From NCBI GenBank assembly GCA_964304625.1, contig OZ199840.1, positions 7,757,744-7,821,743 of the forward strand: a DNA stretch of 64,000 bases, given 5' to 3'. Made by a program: the position numbers and the translations under genes. Shown here piece after piece: positions 52,509-64,000 of the stretch. Every line of letters starts with the position of its first letter. Position 1 is the stretch's first letter. Source of the stretch: Kudoa neothunni. Its lineage: Eukaryota > Animalia > Cnidaria. The notes below the pieces were generated by a model. The model did no database searches. It had not been told where the DNA came from and saw only the letters and a program-made list of their open reading frames with translations.

Positions 52509-54856
52509 TCCATTAAGTAAGGTTTGTTGGGTCCTTTTGGGCCCCTGTTTAGGTGCCGTCTATAGAATTTAATATTGCGACTATTAACTAGTTAATTTCC
52601 ATATCAATATATATGTGGTCCTATTATTTAAAAATTATTTGTAAAGTTATTTATGATTTCTAAACATTTTAATATACATCTCTTTTCATCGGCCAGTACA
52701 GTTGCATATAATAGAACCATAACATAGGCTATACATCCGAAAAAATTTTTAATTTTTGTTTGTTCTCTTAAAACATATTGTCATTTAACCGTCTAAGTAC
52801 CTGTAATAGAAAATAATACATAAATACCAGTTAATATTCACGTTACAATAGTGGGCCGAAAAGGGAACGATAAACCCTCGAGACATGCAGATGCTAAGTG
52901 GGTTTAACATGGCTGACATTACTGAGTACATTAAACTAGGTGAAACAATCTGTGAACTTAGCGAAGATACTTTTGAAGAAGTTCCAGATATTGTAGCGCT
53001 TCCTCCAGATAATGTTGACGCCCTTACTGACTTGGAAGATAACTTATTTCCCATACAAGATAATATATTGGAAAATGATGACATCCCCGATGTTTCTGGG
53101 CGTGTCCAATTGTTTAAACTTCAAAAGCTAGAAACCAAAAGTGTTGTCAATTCAGTAATGTTAAATGGGAGGAGGTTTTACCGACCAATTCCTCTGAAAC
53201 AGTTAATAAATCTATCTCGAAACCCTCGATAGACGACGTATATAAAGGTAGATATCTTTCAAAATTAATTTGTATGATTTTTAGGTTCATTTGAAACGTT
53301 CAAAAAATTTTTGGATGACAGTGTTCTATTGCATATTGTAAAACAGTGGAATTTATATGCTCGATAGAAGAATAACGGTTCTTTCAACCTAACTTTGTCC
53401 GAATTGAAAACCTTCACTGGGATTTTAATTCTCTCAGGTTATCATATTCTACCAAGCCAAAAAATGTATTGGGAGACGAATGAAGATTCCGGAGTTACTA
53501 TTGTAAAAAAAGCTGACACTTAAAAGATTTAAAGAAATAAAAAGATATATCCATTTCAACAACAACGATTGTATCGATAAATCCGATAAGTTATTTAAGA
53601 TCAGACCTTTAGTAGAAAAACTAAACCAAAACTTCAAATCATTCGGGTTCTTTGAAAAAATTTTGTCCATAGGCGAACAAATGGTACCGTATTATGGAAT
53701 GCATTCGGCCAAGATGTTTCTAAAGGACAAGCCTGTTTGACTTTCTTTTAAACTTTGGATAATGGCTATCAAAAATGGTTACATTTACAGTTTTAAAATC
53801 TATTGTGGAAAACAAGAAACTAATAAAACCTATGATGGCTTAGGTGAAAGCGTGGTAATGAATTTTGTCGAGGAAATTGGTGATACCTCTGAGGTTGAAG
53901 TTTACTTTGACAATTTTTTCTCCTCGTACAGATTATTTAAACTTCTACAAGAAAACAAAGTAAATGCTACCGGTACAATTAGACTGAACCGGACAAATCG
54001 ATGTCCACTTCAGTCACCAAAACAGTTTTCAAAATTGCCAAGGGGTGCTTTTGAAGTTTATAGTTATAAACAGGGTGTTTTTTGTGTTCAATGGAATGAC
54101 ACAAAACCAGTGATACTGATGAGTAATTTTATGTCTTGTTTTCCTATTGGATCAGCTAAAAGATTCTCAAAAAAAGAAAAAAAATACATTAACATAACAC
54201 AACCAAAGATTGTTAGTGATTACAATGCGAATATGGGAGATGTCGATCTAGCTGATAACGCAATTGCAAATTACAGAATCAAAATAAAGGGTAAAAAATG
54301 GTGCTGGCCATTATTCATTAATCTTATTTCCATGTGTGTCACCAATTCATGGAAAATAATGCGCCACTTTAATGGCCCTACTATAACATTAATTCAACAT
54401 GCACGCGAAATTGTTGCCCATCTAATAACTCCACAACGGGGTTTAATTATGAGGAAGAGTTCTCGATTGCAGTTGAATATTTCAATGAATATATGTTCTG
54501 GAGTCGTACTTGTGAGTGATGCCAACAAAAGACGACTCAGATGTGTTGTGTGCCACAAGAAAACATACCTTTATTGTGAGGGGTGTTCATCGAGACTTCA
54601 TCTTAAATGTTCAAATACTTTTCATTCGGATAAATATATTTAAAAAAACTTGATTAATAAATTATATATTTGTGTTTTATTTCGCGCATGCACTTTCTCG
54701 GGAGTTTATTGGGTCCTTTTTGGCCCTTCAAAAAATTTGTTGTGTATCTCTCAGCTTTGTCATAATTTAAAAAATTTAAGATTATTTAGGCATTTTTGAA
54801 AAATACTCAACACATTTTATTTTTTTATAATTTTTAAATGGTAGAATTTTAATGGG
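52509..54856 (+). mobile_element. Full-length piggyBac transposon (inactive)
   Basis: TTAA|TCCATTAA...TTAATGGG|TTAA with an internal transposase. Confidence 0.85.
52885..54643 (+). pseudogene. piggyBac transposase pseudogene
   Basis: SIGEQMVPYYG (first catalytic D read as G), YFDNFFSS, MGDVDLAD and C-terminal Cys-rich domain CVVC..CEGC..H..C..H. Stops and frameshifts in the 5' half. Confidence 0.9.
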
Positions 54857-55517
54857 TTAATAAGCAACGCCCAGGTATTTACAGTATTTACATCATCCGA
54901 GTATTGCTTCCGTTCTATCATCAAGGTCTTCGATCTACGTTTCTATTTCGCCGATTACAAAACTTGTAATGTTGGAATTAAATTTTTTGTTGTCTATCCG
55001 AATTTCATCTTGAATCAGAATTTCCGTAGCGATTAAAATATTGCGAAAAATCATCGTAGTTGAAAACATTAAATAGGCGGGAAGTCTCAAAAATTGTAAA
55101 TTTCTCACTGTTGTGAGCATTAGAATCGGCCATGAAAATGGAAGCATTTTTCTTGATTTCTTCTTTTTGAGTTTTAATTCATTTTTATTTAAATTAATTC
55201 CTGGAAAATCAATAATTAGAATCATTCATTTTTCCTTTTTGTTATTAAAAGGTCAGCTAATATATGTGCAATCAAATACATTAATTAATATTTATATATT
55301 TTATATAAATAGTTTCATCTATGTTGAACTAACTAAAATTGAATTATTTGATAGAAATAATTTTTCCAAAGCTAAAATGTAAAAATAATCATCACGTGTC
55401 TAACCAAAAAATCCAAACTTTTCACGGTTCAACGGCTCGTTTCTTTTCAACTAGACTTTGAGATTTAACGTAAAATTCACTTCATCTTTTCTAACAGACA
55501 CGATATATTTATACCTA

Positions 55518-56006
55518 GGGATCATAGTTTTCGACGTTTATTTTGGTTGATCCAATAGTACACTAGTACGCGTGCATGGATGTTTAAACATTAAAAACAA
55601 GCTCCCCACGAAAAAATTTTCTTATCAAATAGCTACTGCGGAAGAACGTCGAGAACAACAACAGAACCCAAATTTTTCCCAATTTTGCTATTTTTTCTAT
55701 CTCTAAAAAATAATTAGCAGAGAAGTGCCTTGAAACGCTTTTGAACTTTGAACAATGTTTCTTTGATTTTATTTTCTCGTAAATTCTATTTTGTAGTAGG
55801 GATAATTTCACGTTGCAATATTAACAAAAAAATTCATTTTCCATCTTCTCTTTGTCGATCTATTAAACAAGAAAACTATCAATTTCTGTCCGATTACTAC
55901 CCATTTCAAGTTTTTCGTTCGATTTTTAATTTTCCCGGAAAATAAACGTCGAAACTTTTTTTAAAATTCAATGATTAAAATCGAGTTTAATCGAAAACTA
56001 CGATCC
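55518..56006. mobile_element. MITE with ends related to the 9928/31807 family
   Basis: GGATCATAGTTTTCGA...TCGAAAACTACGATCC inverted ends, sharing the TTTTCGA and CGACGTTTA motifs. Confidence 0.6.
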
Positions 56007-56887
56007 ATATTTATAACAGGATATAATGTTTAGATGAGTGCCTGACTAATATGATGACGTGCAGTGGTGGTTTAATATATGTATCCTCAGTATTTTCAAA
56101 TTGCACAAATTAAAAAATTCTAATTTGCTACTTAATAGAATACACTTAAATCACTTAAGAATATTAACTAAAAAAATCATTCATGAATATTAAGAGGCCA
56201 TTTTTAATGTTCTACGTACCGCCGCTATTTTTCTAATTCGCCGTCATTACAAAACCGAGTTATCAATCAGTTTGTGATGTTTTATACACAACAAAATTAT
56301 TGAGTTCATAATTTTAAATTTATAATAAAGATAAATCACATTGAGGAAACTGAAAATAAAATAGTAGCGAATAGACCACCGTTAACGTACATTTCCAATT
56401 ATACATTAAGTTCCAAAATATTAGAGAATATACTTTTTCCGCTCTTTGTGATATAAAGTGATAGAAAAATATACCGAGCTCTATCAAACAACCAAAACAA
56501 CAACTATCATACTGCACAAAAACATGTTATTTAGAATCAAAACTACAATCGATCAAAATTTTACGCAAACATGATTCAAGTTAACTTTAGATTACATAAA
56601 ATGAGCTGAAAAACTGGGCGGGGGTGAAATTGTAGGAAATTTGAGATTAAGAAATTTATTGGTTTTTACTTCAGCACTCGTTCCCAATCAAATTTGATCG
56701 ATAATAGAAAAATCTATTTTTTTTCTCATAAAAATGCATGCATCACAGAATTATTTTTGAATAAGACCGAAGGATCTGGTATGCTATAAAATCTAGAATC
56801 GCCGCGTATAGTGGCGACGAATAACGAAATTAACCGACTCGACGCATTACGTTGGTAGACACTTTTCGACCCAAAACACCAGTGGTA

Positions 56888-58800
<1,913 letters not shown>

Positions 58801-59299
58801 AAAACGGTCATCCGATAATTATCCGTATATATTTTGGTTTGAAGTGTCTAATAGTTTATTTATTCCTGTTTCTTTTTTTTATCTATTAATTCAAACGCCT
58901 AAAGATTTTGTACCTAACTGACAGATAAAATCATTACATTATTCTTAATCTACTTTAGTATTATTTGTTGTCATCTAAGCCATAAATTCTAAATTGAAAT
59001 AATTATCAGCTCTGATGCATTAATTTCCGATACAGTTTTATGCCCTTATTGCGCTGAGGAAATAGCACTTTTCTCTGTGAATTTAAAATATTATTGACTT
59101 TATGTACAAAAAGATACTTGATTCTTTAAAGTTGAAGTAGATTTGACTTGAGATTTTTAGAAATTTGATGATACGCATTTTTCCATTAAGTAAATTCCTT
59201 ATTTTGCTCATGTTGTTAAGTTGCGGAGTTCCGACTAGTTAGTTCAGCTAAATGAAGCTGTAGGCGCTGCGGCGAGTATCAATAATCCTTAGCCTTATC

Positions 59300-59570
59300 T
59301 TTCTCTGATAGTGTAGGAGTTTAAACAAACCATTGAACATTCTCATCTTGGAATGAGAGTCACAGCAAACCTTACACCTCTTAACTTAAATAGTGCAAGC
59401 TTTATTGGATCCAGAAGATTTTTATTACCTAGTAAGTTCCTCACGATTCCAACATTAATTCTACCCACTAGATTGAACTATAAATGAGGCTGTAACGCAT
59501 AAAAGTGGATGTACATTGACATTGTAACCACAGCTTCCATTGTGGAAAAGTACACATATAAAGGAAACAA
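59300..59570 (-). pseudogene. Possible LTR-retrotransposon integrase remnant
   Basis: TASFIVQSSG/RINVGIVRNLL, read across a frameshift, resembles TSSPYxPQSNGxAERxVGIVKNLL. Confidence 0.25.
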
Positions 59571-59685
59571 CGCTCGTAATCTTACTAAGATAGGGAATTG
59601 AATTCGTAACCTCCATGGTTACGACCCCATAACCAGACCAGACAGACACTCGTCCCCTCGACCTATAGTCTCTTATACTGTGTTA

Positions 59686-60240
59686 CAGGGCTTCTTAAAC
59701 GAGGGTAAATTAAGTGACATCAGAATTAGGTGAGGGAAGTTTTTGCATGATGCCGTTTGTGAATTACTTAAGGACGTTTAAGGAATTATATTATTTAGGA
59801 CTATCAAACTCAGTAAAAAGAAGTCAGAAATGCATAAAACATTTTTTAGAATGAGTATTTAACGACTATAAATAAAGTTACTATCATTCTCTTTATCAAA
59901 GGGCTAGTTTATCTTCTAGAGATGTAGCTCAATAATAAAAATAGTATTTAAAGAGGCTATTTGCATAGTATATAATATTCATGTATCACTGCATTTTGAC
60001 TATTTTTAATAATTACTAACCTCTAAGAGCGCAGGAAATAATTAAATTCAACAAAATCTAACCAATTAAATCTGTAGACAGTCTGAGTGTTTAAGTTGCT
60101 TTGATTAAAAATTGTCATTACAAAGGCGTACATAACTTTAGCATTCGAATTTACCGTGAAAATACCCCCTGCTGTATTAGATTATGTCAACTTGATTTCA
60201 ATTTAGCGATTACCCAATATTAATTATAGGAGCTTAAAAC
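59686..60240. mobile_element. Diverged copy of the 20183 hAT MITE, without the pogo insertion
   Basis: Shared blocks GGTAAATTAAGT, TAAGGAATTATATTATT.AGGACTAT and GATTAAAAATTGTCATTA..GAATTTACC. The right end is unclear. Confidence 0.65.
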
Positions 60241-60936
60241 AAATATTTTATGCATTATAAAAGAATTGGACTATAAATGTTAGCAAATGTTTAACATTTA
60301 ACCAAAAATAATGTTTCGAATTAAATATAAGTAATCCTACTGCTATAGATTGTTCAATAAATATCAAACTATTCAAATTTATAAAACGAAAAAATTCGGA
60401 TATGCTGATTACTTTATTTTTGTTGGTTTTTAGTATTGATGCAACATGATCTCATATTTAATATTCCATTTATTATACACGCTAATCGCTGTGATTTATG
60501 TTATATCACCTAGCCCCTCGTAGTCATTTTTACAGACCATAACACTCAATCGCGTAAAGCATCCACTATGTATTCTAAAATGTAAGTGTGAATAATGATT
60601 TGGAAGCGTTATCACAACTTCTCCTTAGCGATTGCCTATTCCTAATTTCAGGAACCAATAAAAATATGAATTTCATAATTTATAAAAATATTAGGTGTTC
60701 AATTGGAACAAATGTTTAACGTTACTATCAAAAAAGGTCATTGGATCAAACACAGACACTTCTATCAGAAATTAATTAAGAAATATAACATAATTCTAAT
60801 TTATAATTTTGGGATTAAATATCGATCTAATTGCAATCTTCAATCGGTATATGTTTTCGTTCAGAAAAATAGAAACATACATTTTTTACGGACAATTAAC
60901 CATTCTTTAGAACAAGATAATAAAATGGTACAATCC

Positions 60937-62352
60937 ATAATAATGAAATAGAGAGAGTAAAACAATTGTACAAGTATTATGAATAATAATAATGAAATAA
61001 AGAGAGTAAAGCAATTGTACAAGTATTATGAATAATAATGAAATAAAGAGAGTAAAACAATTGTACAAGTATTATGAATAATAATAATGAAATAAAGAGA
61101 GTAAAACAATTGTACAAGTATTATGAATAATAATGAAATAAAGAGAGTAAAACAATTGTACAAGTATTATGAATAATAATAATGAAATAAAGAGAGTAAA
61201 ACAATTGTACAAGTATTATGAATAATAATAATGAAATAAAGAGAGTAAAACAATTGTACAAGTATTATGAATAATAATGAAATAAAGAGAGTAAAACAAT
61301 TGTACAAGTATTATGAATAATAATGAAATAGAGAGAGTAAAACAATTGTACAAGTATTATGAATAATAATGAAATAGAGAGAGTAAAACAATTGTACAAG
61401 TATTATGAATAATAATGAAATAGAGAGAATAATACAATTGTACAAGTATTATGAATAATAATAATGAAATAAAGAGAGTAAAACAATTGTACAAGTATTA
61501 TGAATAATAATGAAATAAAGAGAGTAAAACAATTGTACAAGTATTATGAATAATAATGAAATAAAGAGAGTAAAACAATTGTACAAGTATTATGAATAAT
61601 AATGAAATAAAGAGAATAATACACTTGTACAAGTATTATGAATAATAATAATGAAATAAAGAGAGTAAAACAATTGTACAAGTATTATGAATAATAATGA
61701 AATAAAGAGAATAATACACTTGTACAAGTATTATGAATAATAATGAAATAAAGAGAGTAAAACAATTGTACAAGTATTATGAATAATAATAATGAAATAA
61801 AGAGAGTAAAACAATTGTACAAGTATTATGAATAATAATGAAATAGAGAGAGTAAAACAATTGTACAAGTATTATGAATAATAATAATGAAATAAAGAGA
61901 GTAAAACAATTGTACAAGTATTATGAATAATAATGAAATAGAGAGAGTAAAACAATTGTACAAGTATTATGAATAATAATAATGAAATAAAGAGAGTAAA
62001 ACAATTGTACAAGTATTATGAATAATAATGAAATAAAGAGAGTAAAACAATTGTACAAGTATTATGAATAATAATAATGAAATAAAGAGAGTAAAACAAT
62101 TGTACAAGTATTATGAATAATAATGAAATAAAGAGAATAATACACTTGTACAAGTATTATGAATAATAATGAAATAAAGAGAGTAAAACAATTGTACAAG
62201 TATTATGAATAATAATGAAATAAAGAGAATAATACACTTGTACAAGTATTATGAATAATAATGAAATAAAGAGAGTAAAACAATTGTACAAGTATTATGA
62301 ATAATAATGAAATAAAGAGAATAATACACTTGTACAAGTATTATGAATAATG
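60937..62352. repeat. Tandem array, 30 copies of a 46/49-bp unit
   Basis: Unit AATAATAAT(AAT)GAAATAAAGAGAGTAAAACAATTGTACAAGTATTATG. I counted 30 occurrences of TGTACAAGTATTATG. Confidence 0.95.
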
Positions 62353-62380
62353 TCTGTAACAAAATATCCAAATGTGAATA

Positions 62381-63744
62381 TAGGGTTTCCCATCTAACTC
62401 GGCACTTGTGCAACCAAACGCGGCACTTATGCAATTTAATCAAACACATCCTTTTAATAACACGAAAAAAGTTGATTTTAACATTCAAACCCATAATTAC
62501 TATCATCACTGTTATTTATTCTAATATTATCTCTCTGTGAGAAGGCCTTGTGATATAACCAAGCATTTTTCGATAGAACCCATCACAATGTGTGTTATTT
62601 CGCCTAAACATTCAGCAATAATTAATTTCAATGTTCTCGTCTTTACATTGCCTCCTTATTACTAAGTTTTTCCAGACAGAAAAAACGTTCTCAACAGGAT
62701 TGAGAAAGGGTGAATATGATGGAGGCAGGTATTTTACGATTAAATTTTCCGCACCAATTATGTCCTGACGACCCCCGTAGTGATGGATTTTTGCGTTATC
62801 CATAATAAATATTGGATCAAGGATCCCATTATTAAAACGGCTAGTTTTAAGCTCCAACAAGCAAGCTTTAAAGTCTTCGCCGGTTGCAGCCTTATCATGT
62901 ATTTTATTATAAATCACGTAATTTTTATTGACTGCAGAAACCACAGAAATATTCCTACTACTAGCGGCCGTTACAAAACAATGAGCTGACTTGCCTCTCA
63001 ATGAGCGTCCTCTCTTGGGTCGGGTAACTACAGAAAATCCCACTTCGTCCAAAAATATCAGGCTTTCATGCATTGACGTGATTTCTAGTTCCCGAAACAT
63101 TTCTGCATTTAGGAACCGTTTTTCTATTGTGGTAGAACAATTCCTCCTTTAAGGAACTCTTACAACACACTTGAGAGTGTAATGGAATTCTCCGATTACT
63201 CTATCGACTGTACTGAGGTATACGGTAACTCCAAATTCGTCCTGGAGCTTTTGTTTCAATTCTTTTAAAATGATTAATGAATTTTCATCAATCCAACAGA
63301 TTATTTTTTCATTCTGATCAATCGAAAGAAGTGATCGTTTGTCTCCCCCTCTGGGTTTTGGAGCAAGAGTGTCGTTGTTTCTAAACTTAGATAATATCGA
63401 CTAAACCGTGGATCTCGGTAACCTCATTTCTGAAGCAATATAACTATCAGTTTTTCTATCCAATCAAAAATTGCACATTTTCCCCTTAAATCGGCAGAGA
63501 TGGTTTTTCTTAGTTTCCTTTTAGGTTGCGTATTTGATGTCGATCTAGCCGAATCGAATTGCGCTGAAACTATACACTCTGAGTCACTTGAAACTTCGCA
63601 CACATTTAAATTCAATTAGATTAACAAAAATTTGTTCGAAATCAATGCGTAGCGTTAACCGAGAATGCGCCTTGAAATCTATATCTTGGTTGCAAAAGTG
63701 CCGCGTTTGGTTGCATAAGTGTCGAGTTAGATAGGGAAACCCTA
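62381..63744 (-). mobile_element. Tc1/IS630-like transposon, full length, inactive
   Basis: TA|TAGGGTTTCCCATCTAACTCGGCACTT...AAGTGTCGAGTTAGATAGGGAAACCCTA|TA, with TIRs of ~55 bp. Confidence 0.9.
62612..63615 (-). pseudogene. DDE_3-type (Tc1/IS630) transposase pseudogene
   Basis: IFLDEVGF, FIMDNAKIH and YLPPSYSPFLNPVENVFSVWK. The N-terminal HTH region is broken by stops and frameshifts. Confidence 0.88.
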
Positions 63745-64000
63745 TAAAAGCAACAAATTCATTACACAATGTATATTATATAAATATAAAATAGTAGAGT
63801 AAATAGATATGAAATTTTTACAAAAAATGGGTTCTTTCTTGACGATTTTTACAAGCTTTTTTATTCTGAAAGTATAATCTGAGTAAAACAAACTTATTTC
63901 TAATTTTTTCAGACACATAAGAAACAAATTCAGGCAAAACAAGCACATTTTCTTGGTAGGTGGTATTTTTTTCAAAATATACAAAAATAGGATTGAGCCA

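Noticed and set aside
60937-62352. CRISPR array
   Set aside because: Units are contiguous with no unique spacers, there are no cas genes, and the context is eukaryotic.
62249-62540. ORFs 62249-62509, 62343-62540 and 63584-63769
   Set aside because: They read through the tandem array or Tc1 TIRs; the shared peptide LTRHLCNQTRH is just the inverted repeat.

Overview
AT-rich eukaryotic genomic DNA with compact genes and mostly 40-60 nt GT-AG introns. A nematocyst/polar-capsule minicollagen marks the source as cnidarian, and the compaction and protein divergence suggest a myxozoan parasite (inference). The ORF track fragments every gene, so I spliced them by eye. Recognisable genes: MAD2 (5' part), TAF4, NSUN6, a group-1 minicollagen with a 1-nt frameshift, a RASSF1/5-like C1-RA-SARAH gene and RUVBL2. 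The most unusual locus is a ~22-exon minus-strand gene (11935-18840). It encodes a ~1,900-aa type I membrane protein built from tandem FN3-like modules, most carrying a 2-6 Cys loop, with an 11-aa acidic Tyr tail. Several other orphan genes are likely. Intergenic DNA and long introns hold decayed DNA transposons: piggyBac, Tc1/IS630-like, pogo, hAT, MITEs, a triple nest and a 75-bp MITE. There is also a tRNA-headed SINE-like element and a 30-copy 46/49-bp tandem array. Exon boundaries and orphan gene models are manual and need RNA-seq confirmation.
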